Origin: Candidatus Latescibacterota bacterium
GTDB taxonomy: Bacteria; Latescibacterota; UBA2968; SICM01
Assembly (NCBI GenBank): GCA_965217865.1
Contig: CBDCJO010000002.1
Location: forward strand, 3,552,001 to 3,616,000
DNA length: 64,000 nucleotides
Reading direction: 5' to 3'
Part shown: piece by piece, positions 40,800-52,113 of the stretch
How the letters are laid out: each line of letters opens with the position of its first letter
Numbering within the stretch: position 1 is the stretch's first letter
Translations under genes and position numbers: made by a program
Notes under the pieces: generated by a model
The model's input: the letters and a program-made list of their open reading frames with translations, nothing else
Told to the model about the DNA's origin: nothing
Database searches by the model: none

Positions 40800-41019
40800 G
40801 AGATCCCTCGCGCCAACCACTCAGGTTGTCTTAAGTGTCGATTGGTGACCTGATTTTATCAAAAATTATGTTCGGGCATATGAAAATCAGATCTCGTCCG
40901 AATCTCAGTTTCTAAGGGAAGTTCAAAGCCCGGGATTACGATCCCGGCTTTTTTATTGACTTCTCACCGCAGCGGTTATTTCTTATTCGAAACCCACTAA
41001 AGGATTTCGGGATCCAAAT

Positions 41020-42858
41020 ATGGAAGACAGAGGGAAAACAAAAGGACAACTCGTGTCCGAACTGGCCGAAATACGTCGTCGGGTAGCTGAATTGGAGGCA
41101 TCCGATTCGGGACAAAGACGGACCGAGGCGGCTTTGCGCGACAGCGAAGAGCGGTTTCATAAGATCTTTGAACATTCGAACGATGCGATTTTCGTGATCG
41201 ATCCGGAAAGAGATAAAATCCTGGACGCCAATCCGGGTGCCTGTAAAATGCTCGGGTATTCGAGGAAGGAGTTGTTGGCCCTATCGGTGTCCGCCATCCA
41301 TCCGGACGAGATGCCCAGACTCCAGGCCTTTGCGCAGTCTGTCTTTGAAGCGGGACAGGGATGGACCGACGAACTGACTTGCTTCACCAAATCAGGCAGT
41401 TGTTTGCCATCCGAGATCTCCGCGTCGATGATCGATATGGACGAAGGGAGATGCATGATCGCCCTCGTTCGCGACATCAGCAAGCGCAAACTGGCGGAGG
41501 AAGCCCTTCGGAGAAGGGAAGAACAGTATCGGGATCTTTACGAAAACGCACCCATTGCTTACTTGTCGGTCGGCATTGACGGCCTAATCCGGAGGGCCAA
41601 TCAGAAGGCGGTGCACCTATCAGGGTATTCCTTGAAGGACCTGACGGGGAAGCCGGTTATCGAACTGTATGCGGACACGGGGGAGGGAAAAGAAAAAGCC
41701 CATAGACTTATTGAAAGGTTTCGTTCCGGGGAAGGTATCGACGGCGAAGAACTTGAAATGCGCCGGTCAGACGGCCGGTCGGTCTGGATCAGCCTGACGG
41801 TTCGGGCCGTTCTGGATTCGGATGGACAGGTCGTTGAATCCCGCTCGATGCTGGTAGACATCACCGAACGGGTGCAAGTGGAGCAAGCACTCACCGATGA
41901 GGTCAAAACCAAATACAATTATGAGGAGATTATCGGGAGGAGCAATGCGATCCAGGATGTGTTGAAACAGGTCGCCCCGGTTGCGCCGACAGACGCCACA
42001 GTCCTGGTCCACGGTGAGACAGGAACAGGGAAGGAGCTGGTCTGCCGTGCCATTCATCACCTGAGTCCGCGAAGCGCCAAGCCCCTGGTCAAGCTGAACT
42101 GCGCCGCGATTCCACCCGGCCTGGTCGAGAGCGAGCTGTTCGGACACGAAAAGGGGGCCTTTACCGGGGCGATCTCTCAGAAACAGGGGCGCTTTGAACT
42201 TGCGCACGGGGGAACCATCTTCCTGGATGAGATCGGAGATCTCCCACTTGAGGCCCAGACTAAACTCCTGAGGGTGCTGGAGGAACAGGCCTTTGAAAGG
42301 GTGGGCGGGACCCGGACGATCAAGATCGATACAAGGGTCATTGCCGCGACGCATCGGGATCTCGAAAAGATGGTGAAAGAGAATGAATTCCGTCAGGACT
42401 TGTTTTACAGGTTGAATGTCTTTCCGGTCACGCTTCCACCGCTGCGAGAACGTGTGGAAGATATACCCCTTCTTGCCAATTATTTTGTCCGAAGGGTATG
42501 TTCCCGGTTGGGAAGGCCTCCGTGTGTACTCACCGACGGGGCGATGAAGAGACTGAAAGACTATTCCTGGCCGGGGAATGTACGAGAACTCGAGAATATT
42601 ATCGAACGGTCGATAATATTGTGCGGGGGCCGATCCATCGATCAGGAACATATTCAAGTAGAAGCGGGACAGCAGGAAGATACGGAAAGAAAGATTCGCC
42701 CCATGAGTGATGTTGAAAAGGGACATATCATTGAAGCCCTCAAAGCGGCAAATGGTAAGGTGAGCGGAGGGGGCGGTGCGGCAGAGCTCCTGGGTTTGAA
42801 ACCCACCACCCTGGAGTCCAGGATGAAAAAACTTGGAATAGATCGAGCGCAACATTGA
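41020..42858 (+). CDS. Sigma54-dependent transcriptional activator with two PAS domains
   Basis: GETGTGKE, ESELFGHEKGAFTGA, FLDEIGD, WPGNVRELEN and a Fis-type HTH. Confidence 0.95.
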   Translation: MEDRGKTKGQLVSELAEIRRRVAELEASDSGQRRTEAALRDSEERFHKIFEHSNDAIFVIDPERDKILDANPGACKMLGYSRKELLALSVSAIHPDEMPRLQAFAQSVFEAGQGWTDELTCFTKSGSCLPSEISASMIDMDEGRCMIALVRDISKRKLAEEALRRREEQYRDLYENAPIAYLSVGIDGLIRRANQKAVHLSGYSLKDLTGKPVIELYADTGEGKEKAHRLIERFRSGEGIDGEELEMRRSDGRSVWISLTVRAVLDSDGQVVESRSMLVDITERVQVEQALTDEVKTKYNYEEIIGRSNAIQDVLKQVAPVAPTDATVLVHGETGTGKELVCRAIHHLSPRSAKPLVKLNCAAIPPGLVESELFGHEKGAFTGAISQKQGRFELAHGGTIFLDEIGDLPLEAQTKLLRVLEEQAFERVGGTRTIKIDTRVIAATHRDLEKMVKENEFRQDLFYRLNVFPVTLPPLRERVEDIPLLANYFVRRVCSRLGRPPCVLTDGAMKRLKDYSWPGNVRELENIIERSIILCGGRSIDQEHIQVEAGQQEDTERKIRPMSDVEKGHIIEALKAANGKVSGGGGAAELLGLKPTTLESRMKKLGIDRAQH

Positions 42859-43293
42859 ACCAAGACGATGGACCATGGACGACGGTCAGAGGCTGGAGGT
42901 CAGGGGTCAGGGGAAATTGAAGATCGAAGATTGAAGAAACGTGAGACGAGACGGAAATCAGGACCGGGAGTCAGATCTAACTGGGGGATAAGGCTCTTAA
43001 TTTTGGAAAACCTCAGTCACATGATCTCCCCTCTCCATAATGAAAACCTCCTGAGCGGAGTTCCGCGTTTTTGTGGAACGCAGTCGAAGGACGGGGAGGG
43101 GGTGTCCGCCCCCATGGAGGAAAATGCAAAACAAATTTAAAGGCAGACTGGAGACGCTAAATGCGATAGACCGGGATGCTTACATCTTTTTTGTTTCGGC
43201 TGATCGAAGCGAAGGCCGCGATAGGGGTAGAGTCATAACAGTGGTGGGGTGTATTCTAAAAAAAGCATCCCGATTATACCGAGCGCGAAATCG

Positions 43294-45021
43294 ATGGAAC
43301 AAACGGATATATCAGGATACATTGCCAAGCTGGGTGAGCATGAAGCAGCCGTCGATGCTGGCATAGCTGATCTGAAGGCCAATCTTGTGATGGACAGGAT
43401 CTGGGCAAAGGATCACACCGTCTGGAAACCAGAACCTGACGAAATCGAGAACCGGCTTGGATGGTTGCACAGCCCGGAGGAGATGAAAAGGCAGCTTCCA
43501 AAAATTGACGCATTCGTGGATTCCGTGAGGGCAGACGGGTATAAGCAGGCTCTTCTGCTGGGGATGGGCGGGTCCAGCCTGGCCCCTGAGGTCTTCCGAA
43601 AAACGTTTGGCTTTAGGGAGGGCTACCTGGATTTGGCCGTGCTGGACAGCACCGATCCTTCGGCCGTTCTTACCCACGCAAACCGATTAGATCCCGCCAA
43701 AACCCTCTTCATCGTCTCCACCAAATCAGGCGGCACTGTGGAGACGCTTTCCTTTTTTAAGTTTTTCTACAATCTGGTCATAGCATCCCTAGGTCGGGAA
43801 AGGGCGGGGGAGCATTTTATCGCCATCACCGATCCCGGCAGCTCACTCGCTGAGCTGGCCGAATTCCACAATTTTCGCGAAGTATTCCTCAACGATCCGG
43901 ATATTGGCGGGCGGTACTCCGCCCTCTCATTTTTCGGGCTGGTTCCAGCCGCGCTGATGGGTATTGATTCGGAGGTCCTTCTCGATCGTGCCACGGCAAT
44001 GGCACGTGATCGTCAGAACGCTGGAGCAACCCTCGGCGTCGTAATCGGAGAACTGGCCGTTGTCGGTCGGGACAAGCTGACGCTGATCGCATCCCCGCGC
44101 GTCGAGTCATTCGGGGCCTGGTTGGAACAGCTTGTTGCAGAGAGCACCGGCAAGGAAGGCAAAGGCATCTTACCTGTGGACGGTGAACCCGCGGGAGAGC
44201 CGGATGTTTACGGGGAGGACCGTCTCTTCGTCACCTTGCGCCTGGAAGAAGATAAGACCCGTGACGGTTTTGTAGAAACCTTGATGAACGCCAGCCATCC
44301 GGTCGTTCAGCTTAATCTACGAGATGCCTATGACCTGGGTGGGGAGTTCTTCCGCTGGGAGATGGCCACCGCTGTGGCGGGATACCGATTGGGTATCAAT
44401 CCCTTCGACCAGCCGGATGTTGAATCGGCAAAGATCCTTGCCCGGCAGATGGTGGCCGCCTATCAACAGGAGGGGACGCTGCCGACTTCGGCGCCAACCT
44501 TACGTACCGATGGAATTACAGTTTACACAGAAGGGGATCCGAAGGATCTGGAGGGAGCCATGGGGGCGTTCCTCGAACATGCCCTGCCTGGAAGTTACAT
44601 CGCCTTACACGCTTACCTCCAGCCTACCCGGGAGACCAGTGCTGCTTTGCGAAAGTTGAACACTCACCTTCGCGATCGATTGCGGCTGGCAACGACCGTG
44701 GGCTATGGCCCCCGCTTCCTCCATTCCACCGGACAAATTCACAAAGGTGATGCCGGCCGCGGGCTGTTCATCCAGTTGACGGCCGATGACCTTCAGGATG
44801 CGCCCATTCCAGATGAAGCGGAGTCGTCGTCATCTTCGATCACATTTGGGGTTCTTAAGGCCGCTCAGGCCCTGGGAGATATGCAGGCACTGCTGAACGC
44901 CGGGAGGCGCGTCGTGCGATTTCATCTGGGGAAGGAACTGGTGGGAGGACTGGAGCGACTGACGAAGGCGGTAAAGGCAGGCGCCGGGTGTCGGAGGTCA
45001 GGGGCCAGGGAAAAGCGGTAG
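43294..45021 (+). CDS. pgi: Glucose-6-phosphate isomerase (Tal-Pgi type Pgi domain)
   Basis: GMGGSSL, STKSGGTVET, DIGGRYSAL, EQLVAESTGK, NPFDQPDVE, HSTGQ.HKG. Confidence 0.88.
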   Translation: MEQTDISGYIAKLGEHEAAVDAGIADLKANLVMDRIWAKDHTVWKPEPDEIENRLGWLHSPEEMKRQLPKIDAFVDSVRADGYKQALLLGMGGSSLAPEVFRKTFGFREGYLDLAVLDSTDPSAVLTHANRLDPAKTLFIVSTKSGGTVETLSFFKFFYNLVIASLGRERAGEHFIAITDPGSSLAELAEFHNFREVFLNDPDIGGRYSALSFFGLVPAALMGIDSEVLLDRATAMARDRQNAGATLGVVIGELAVVGRDKLTLIASPRVESFGAWLEQLVAESTGKEGKGILPVDGEPAGEPDVYGEDRLFVTLRLEEDKTRDGFVETLMNASHPVVQLNLRDAYDLGGEFFRWEMATAVAGYRLGINPFDQPDVESAKILARQMVAAYQQEGTLPTSAPTLRTDGITVYTEGDPKDLEGAMGAFLEHALPGSYIALHAYLQPTRETSAALRKLNTHLRDRLRLATTVGYGPRFLHSTGQIHKGDAGRGLFIQLTADDLQDAPIPDEAESSSSSITFGVLKAAQALGDMQALLNAGRRVVRFHLGKELVGGLERLTKAVKAGAGCRRSGAREKR

Positions 45022-45144
45022 CAGTGGCAGGAAAAGCCCTTCCACCCATCCCCGCCGGAATACAGAATACAGAAGACAGGAGAAGACTTAAAATTCAACC
45101 CAGTTGGCGGGAAGTCAGGGATCGGGTAAGGAAAGGCGATTAGA

Positions 45145-45340
45145 TGGGAGGGACGCCGGCCTCGGCGTCCGCTAACATCCCGGTCTTTCAGGTCAGGTTT
45201 TTCCAGATTTCCATGGGCTCAAGGGTTTGGCGGTTTTCAGGCGAATTGTATGAATTTTAATGGTGAAGGGGTTGGTGAGAGGGAAGGCGTTATTTGTATT
45301 GATTAACCGATTACGGCCCGCGAGGCCGCGGGCCCTCCCA
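45145..45340. repeat. Inverted pair of GGAG-type REP hairpins (REPIN-like)
   Basis: TGGGAGGGACGCCGGCCTCGGCGTCCG (45145-45171) and, on the minus strand, TGGGAGGGCCCGCGGCCTCGCGGGCCG (45314-45340). Confidence 0.7.
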
Positions 45341-45605
45341 GAAACTGGTCGACTCCGGACATGTCGAACGTCGTCTTGTTTTGCTCCCGCCTCTCAAATG
45401 CCTCGGTCTGGGTCACGAAGTATCGTGAGATTCGGGAAATATTGTTCTGGAAAATGAAGTTAGTTGAACACTGGTCTTTTCACAAAGATCTAATTTAAAG
45501 TCACTTAGGTAATTTCATGGAGTGGCTTTTTTCATTCTGGCACAGATCTTGTTCTTAACCATATGAGTTCGAATTACAAACTGAAGAATCGTATCATTCC
45601 TTACT

Positions 45606-46091
45606 TTGGAGACTTTAATGACAGCCGGATGGAGCGTAATCAAATTTGTTTTCTCAAGACCCCTGATCGCATCGGTAATTGTGGGGACAATGATACATAG
45701 CCTGCTGGAACTGAATGAGCACCTCTTGAAAGGGGCATGCCATCTGGATCATCTGGCGGATGACATGACTCAAAACCCCGGTTATGGGGCAATATACCTC
45801 CTTATCCCCTTTCTAGTTCCTTATGTGGTGACGCGGATCGGAAGTCGAATCCGGATGGAGACAGAAACCAGTTACGAGTGGAAGTTCCCTCAGGCCAATC
45901 CCGATATCGTGATAAAGCTCGATCCATCCGGAGAGATAATCTTCATAAACACGGCTGCAAAATTGATCCTGAAACGAATGGGCATGGATGAAGCAGATTC
46001 AGATATCCTGCTGCCGAAGGATTCACGGACGATCGTGGAGGAAATCCTGGGGACAGATCGCCTTCTGGGTTCCTTGATTCACCAGGTTTGA
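45606..46091 (+). pseudogene. Truncated membrane sensor with the start of a PAS domain
   Basis: Two TM segments, then FPQANPDIVIKLDPSGEIIFINTAA, ending abruptly. A sigma54-like TGGCAC-N5-TTGT lies at 45538. Confidence 0.55.
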
Positions 46092-46544
46092 AATTAGGTC
46101 CTGAAACGGAGCCACATCCATTCCTGTTGTGAGGGATTTAGAATCGATGAGGGCGTGGAAAGCTTTCAAGATGAGGATGCCCATACGGGGGAACGGGTTG
46201 TGGCCTAGCCCCGACGGCCAGGTGTTCTACCGGGACTGATGGGAACTTTTTCTTATGCTAAATTGTCCTATAAATTGAGGTTCTGACTTCATTTAAGGTC
46301 CTGTTGTTTGAGAGGAAGGTTGGACAAGGAATTTTGATATGCCGGGAATTGAAGGGTTTTCTGGCAACGAAAGGAGGTCAGGATTGAAAGCCGGATTTTC
46401 GGCAACTCTTGATCCACTTGGAATATAGGTCGCACTGATGGCCCTTCTCTTGACAAATTCAGGGGAGGGATCTGGTTTCCAGAATTTGAATTTTTCACCA
46501 TGTGCATCTTCGGATGCTCTGTTCACCTAAGCTTGGAGGTTTCG

Positions 46545-47246
46545 ATGTTTTCCAGGATGATGCAACGAATGAGCATGGGGGCCCTTGCCCTCCTATTTCT
46601 AGCCGGAACCGGCTACGCAGAGACTTTCCAGATCGATCCTGTACACTCCTCGGTCGGATTCTCCGTCCGGCATATCTTCAGCCGGGTTCCGGGAACGTTC
46701 ACCAATTTTTCCGGGTCTGTCGTATACGATTCCGATCACCCGGAAAATTCATCCGTTAATGCAATCATTCAGGCCGCCAGCGTGAATACCGAAAACGGGA
46801 GGCGCGACAATCATCTCCGCAGCCCGGATTTCTTCGACGTGGAAAAATTTCCGGAGATCACCTTCACGAGCACAGCTGTGAAACAGGAAGAAGATCGGTT
46901 GATGGTCACTGGAGACCTGACGATGCACGGGGTCACCAAAAGCGTGGAGATGCCCGTGGAGGTCCTGGGTGTCGGCCCACATCCTATGTCGAAGGCAACG
47001 GTAGCCGGCTTTGCCGCCGACCTGAAGATAAAAAGGTCGGACTTCGGCGTCAACAGCTGGACGGATCCTGCCGGGGTCGTGGGGGATGAGGTCCGAATTG
47101 TCCTGAATATCGAAGCCGCCGGAAAGGCTATGTCGAATCCGTGTAACCCCTGCAATCCGTGCAACCCGTGCGGGGAAGCCAAGAACCCATGCAATCCATG
47201 CGGGGACAAGGAGATGACGAACCCGTGCAACCCATGCGGGAATTAA
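46545..47246 (+). CDS. YceI-family protein with a C-terminal (NPC)8 Cys-rich tail
   Basis: IDPVHSSVGFSVRH, RDNHLRSPDFFDVEKFP, GDLTMHGVTK, RSDFGV; RBS GGAGG. Confidence 0.93.
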   Translation: MFSRMMQRMSMGALALLFLAGTGYAETFQIDPVHSSVGFSVRHIFSRVPGTFTNFSGSVVYDSDHPENSSVNAIIQAASVNTENGRRDNHLRSPDFFDVEKFPEITFTSTAVKQEEDRLMVTGDLTMHGVTKSVEMPVEVLGVGPHPMSKATVAGFAADLKIKRSDFGVNSWTDPAGVVGDEVRIVLNIEAAGKAMSNPCNPCNPCNPCGEAKNPCNPCGDKEMTNPCNPCGN

Positions 47247-47249
47247 AAC

Positions 47250-47480
47250 CCGTGGATCGTTGTTCGTGATTCGGGGATCGGAAAAGCCGTGATTCGTGGA
47301 TCGTGACTCGTGACTCGGAAAACATGTCGATCGTGGTTCGAGACTCATAAAGAGGGAAATTAAAATCGTATACCGAAAAAGATGAGCGATAACTGCTTGT
47401 GCGAATCACGGATCACGAACGACGAATCACGAGAACCGTGGATCGTGACTCGGGGATCGGAAAGCCCGGTGATCATGATT
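47250..47480. repeat. Heptamer-arm intergenic cassette, copy A
   Basis: (TCGTGAY)n left arm, ~90-bp core, (TCACGRA)n right arm; core shared with 49428-49640. Confidence 0.8.
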
Positions 47481-47585
47481 ACTAACTCAGGGATCGAGGA
47501 TGAGGAAAGCTTCGATCCCATTCTTCTTTTTGGGGCCGAATTCCTGAGGACGTAGAGAACTCACCGACAGGCTTGGAGGGAAACC

Positions 47586-49441
47586 TTGCGTTTGATCAAA
47601 TCCACAATCATTATGATAATCTCTCTTTATACGGTCAGCGCAGCCGGGACGCTGGATTGGGATGTTGTAGATGTCGACACGGGAGGGAAACCGGCTCTCG
47701 CTGTCAGCTCTAAGGGAATCCCTCACATAAGCTATATGACGGAAGCCATCATGGGTTTTGTCAAGCACGCCATCCGGAACAATGATGGATGGGATATCCA
47801 GACCGTGGCCACGGGCTATTTTTATGGCCCTCTTGCCCTTGCTATGGACTCTCGGGACCGGCCTCATATCGTGTATCACGATCACCAGGATCTGACGGGT
47901 CAGTTCAGCCCCGAGCTTGGAGATCAGGTACACGCCTTCTGGAATGGCTTCGAGTGGGCATTGGCGACCGTTGTCCACCCGGGGCACGACGGATGGGACA
48001 ACTCCATAGTGATAGACGGGACCACACCCAAAACCGCCTCGATTGATCCCCGCCAGTTCGGGAGCTCAGCCGGTGTGGAGTTCTGGGATGGTCAGAGTGT
48101 CGAAGGGGTTGGGAGCGGAGCAATCGATTACGAATTCGCGACATCGATCGCGATTGATCAACAAGGTGGCGCTCACATCTCCTACCGGGATTTTTCGAGG
48201 GCCTCCCGGAGGACGAACCAGCTCAAGCACGCAACCAAGGAAGACGACACGTGGGTCATCACTACGGTCGATCCCCAGGAGGGTTCCGGAGCCTATTCGT
48301 CCATCCGGATCGCTCCGGATGGAAATCCCGGAATCAGTTATTACGTCCGGGAGGCACAGAGCTCGGGAATCATCCGTTACGCCAAATTCAACGGCCTGAC
48401 CTGGGATATCCAGGATGTGGAGCGTGTGGGTAATGTGATCGCCGGCTTCATCGGCGCCCGGAACCTTACATCCCTGGCTTACGGCGAGGATGGCAACCCT
48501 CAAATCAGCTATTCCACAATGTTTAATCTAAGGTATGCCACCTGGGACGGGTCCAGGTGGAAGGTTGTAACCGTAGTGGAAAGCCCTTCTTCAGGGATGG
48601 CTCTTGGCGGGCTTTCATCCCATCAGATCGGACCCGATAGTACGGTGCACATCGCCTTCTATGAAATTCCGTCCGGCTTAACCACCTCGACGGGAACTGT
48701 CAAGTATGCTCGAGGCACGCTTTCCAACCTGGCGCCTGAATTTTCGAATCTGACGGACGAGGAAATCGCAGAAGGGGGCATGCTCAGGATTCCGGTTCAG
48801 GCCACAGATCCGGATGAAGACACGGTCACGTTCACCGCGACAGGCCTCCCGGAGGGGGCTACATTTGAAGAGGGGGAGATTGTCTGGTCCCCCGGGTTTG
48901 ATCAGGCAGGAATATATCGAATTTCATTGACTGCCAGCGACGGGTCTATTAGTACAGAGGGGGAGATTACGATCACGGTAGAGGAAGCAAATGCACCGGT
49001 CCGCTTCTCCTCGGTCTCACCGTCCGTGGCGATTGTGGTGGGGGAGACGGGATCGTTGCAGACCTTTGAGATCGTCACCTCTGACCCGGACAATGATCCC
49101 CTGAGCATCTCATGGACGGCCAACGGGAAGGAGATCATCGGGAGTCAGGTTCCACCCTCACCTTCACCGCAACCGATGCGGAGGAAGATTTGATTTCGGT
49201 AACGGTCTCGGACGGAACAGAGACCATCACACAGTCCTGGCGGATCGCAAGGATCCTGAGAGGGGACTTTGACGAAAACAACAGGGTCGACCTAGATGAT
49301 TTCTTTCTGTTCGCAGGTGCGTTTTCACAGGAGGGGACCGGAGAAAATGCCCGGTTCGATCTGGACGGAAATCAGACTATCGATTTCGAAGACTTTTTTA
49401 TATTCGCCATCTGGTTCGGGGTAAGAGCCGTGGATAGTTGA
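47586..49441 (+). CDS. Secreted repeat protein with Ig-like domain and EF-hand/dockerin-like tail, frameshift near 49140
   Basis: Repeated PHISY/LRYA units, ATDPD Ig repeat, tail GDFDENNRVDLDDFFLFAGAF in the next frame. Confidence 0.75.
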
Positions 49442-49640
49442 TCGTGATTCGTGACTCGGAAAACAGTCGATCGAGGGTCGAGACTCATACAAGAAGAAAT
49501 TCAAGATCGTATAAGGAAAAAGATGAGCGATCAATGTTTGCGCGAATCACGGATCACGAACGACGAATCTCGATAAAAACCCGTGGATCGTGATTCGTAA
49601 CTCGGGGATCGGAAAGGCCGTCGATCGTGGATCGGGAGAA
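49428..49640. repeat. Heptamer-arm intergenic cassette, copy B
   Basis: Shares GAGACTCATA...ATCGTATA..GAAAA(A)GATGAGCGAT...GCGAATCACGGATCACGAACGACGAATC with copy A. Confidence 0.8.
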
Positions 49641-50049
49641 TAGTGAAATGAGTCTGGATGGCATCGCTTGCCTGTGAAGGATGTTAGGACATGAGTCGAG
49701 AGTCAGCTTGTTCGCTTCTAGCCCTTCCCCCAACCCTTCCCTCGAGTTCGCACTTTTTCTTGCTCGTCCCAAGAAAAAGTGCGCAAAAAGAAAGACGCTG
49801 CTCAAACGCCGCGGAGGCTGGGCGCGCCTAAGCCCGGACTGTAGATGACATTCAGGATTTTGTGTGGTTCCGAGAGGGATCGTGGCATAACCGGGCCCTG
49901 GTGGAACGTTAAAAAGGAGGGACAGAGTCGCGCCCAAAAACCGATAATATGATTCAGGTACTGAGAGTACAGTTTGACTTTAGTAACAGTTCACCAAAAT
50001 ATAATTGAAGGCGAAAATGGACGAATCACGAATCACGCGAATCATAAAA

Positions 50050-51661
50050 ATGACCAGAACGACAAGCATCATTATCGTCTGCCTCCTGGTGTCCGGCCAG
50101 GATCTCCCGGTGAGTGCGTCTTCTGAACCGTTCGAGTTGTTCAACCTGAAAGACCAGGAGACCAAGTCCATCTGGAATATCAAGGGAGAGGCGGTCAGCG
50201 GACCACTGAAGGGACAGAGGATGAAGCAGATCCCGGCGCATAACGCGATGTGGTTCGCCTGGCTGGCATTCTGGGGAAACACTCAGGTTCACGGCGAAAC
50301 CGGGAGGGGGAACGGCGAGACATTCGAGAATGTGAATCAATTTCCGAGTGGACAGATCGTGTCCGGAGGGGTGCCTCGGGATGGGATCCCGGCGCTCACG
50401 GACCCTAAGATGTTGGCCTCCTTCGAGGCAAGGATATCAGATTCCGATCTGGTCTTCGGGGTGGTGATGAACGGAGAAGCCCGGGCTTATCCCCACGCGA
50501 TCGGCTGGTGGCACGAGATCGTCAACGACAGGGTTGGGGGGCATCCGGTGGTCGTGACTTTCTGTCCCCTGACGGGGACCGGTCTGGTCTTCGACGGAGA
50601 TGGTGGAGAAGGATCGAAGCGGGTCGAGTTGGGGGTGTCGGGTTTGCTGTTCAACACGAATCTGATCATGTATGATCGCAGAGATGGCGATACCCTGTAT
50701 CCGCAGATGATCTTCAAGCCGATCAACAACAATGAAGTACCGGAGTTGAAGCTTTTGCCTGTGATCGAGGCTACCTGGGGTCTGTGGAAACAGCTCTATC
50801 CGAACACGCTCGTGGTCAGCGATGAGACGGGTTTTCCCCGAAACTATGAAGCGTATCCCTATGGTGCTTACCGAGAAAGCAGCCAGGTTTTCTTCCCGCT
50901 GGCGCAGGATGAGAACAACCTGTCGCGCCTCCACCATCCGAAAGAGAGGGTCCTTGGGATCCGTGGAGAATCCGGAACCCCCAGGGCCTATCCGTTTGCA
51001 GCCATGGGGGGAGACCAGGCGGCGATCAACGATACCCTCGACGGTAAGCCAATCCTGGTGGTCTATTATGGAGAGGGCCGGTTGGCCATTCCCTACAGCC
51101 GGGAGGTGGGGGGGCAGACCCTGACCTTTGAGATCGCCGGACCCAATCTCCCTCCGGAATTTTCTAGCTTGACGGATCCGGAGGTTGCTGAAGGCGGCAT
51201 GCTCAGGTTCCCGGTTCAGGCCACGGACCCGGATGGAGACCCGGTCACGGTAACGGCGTTGGGTCTCCCGGAGGGGGCCACCTTTGAAGACGGTGAGGTT
51301 GTCTGGACCCCGGGGTTTGACCGGGCAGGGGTTTACCGGATCACCTTCACGGCCAGCGACGGGTCCCGCATTTATTTTCACGGCAACGGATGCGGAATCG
51401 GATGTCGTTTCGGTTGAGGTATCAGATGGAACGGAGACGATCGAACACAGGTGGCGGATCGCGAGGGCCCTGAGGGGGGACTTCGATGACAATGGAATTG
51501 TCGATTTGATTGATTTCTTTCTTTTTGCGAGTGCGTTTGGACAGGATGGGGTTGGGGAACTTGCCCGGTTCAATCTGGATGAAAATCCGGAGATCAATTT
51601 TTTCGATTTTTTTATATTCGCCAGCTGGTTCGGGGTGAAAACCGGGGATCGTGATTCGTGA
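50050..51661 (+). CDS. DUF3179-like secreted protein with Ig and EF-hand tail, internal deletion/frameshift near 51366
   Basis: SGGVPRDGIPAL, ARAYP, WHEIVND, TFCPLTG, GVSGLL, MYDR; tail GDFDDNGIVDLIDFFLFASAFG. Confidence 0.8.
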
Positions 51662-51764
51662 TTCGGGGATCGGAGAAGCCGTGGATAGTGGATCGTGATT
51701 CGTGACTCGGAAAGCAGATTGAGGTTTTCAATCCGAAGTCAACTAATCGGAATTCCGCGATGCT

Positions 51765-51938
51765 CCCTCACCCCGCCTCGCAAAGCTCGGCACCCCTCTC
51801 CCGGATGCCGGGAGAGGGGGAGATCGAAATGATCTGATTGTTTAATGAAGAGAAAAGCGAGATTCTTAATATATCCGAAATGAATGTCATCGTCCCCTTC
51901 TCCTGCTAAGCGGGAGAAGGGGATACAGGGGATGAGGG
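51765..51938. repeat. Inverted CCCCTCTCCC-type hairpin element
   Basis: Ends CCCTCACCCC / GGGGATGAGGG with internal hairpins CCCCTCTCCCGG..CCGGGAGAGGGG and CCCCTTCTCC..GGAGAAGGGG. Confidence 0.7.
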
Positions 51939-52113
51939 CGTTGAACTATAATCCGAACTGGCGAAAAAACCCCTGACGATTACGCAGCACCATAAAGAAC
52001 GTGAAGCGTACGGTGGACCGGAAAAGCCGTGGATCTTGATTCATGGATCGGAAAGGTCGTATTCTATCGATAAAAAGATTTGAATATTCCTCAAATAATC
52101 ACATCGATTATTT

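Noticed and set aside
46092-46500. Possible IS remnant or riboswitch upstream of the YceI gene
   Set aside because: No convincing inverted repeats, transposase fragment or recognisable riboswitch consensus.
50050-51417. Selenocysteine in the DUF3179-like protein or MsrB
   Set aside because: No in-frame TGA at the Cys motifs; both use ordinary Cys codons.
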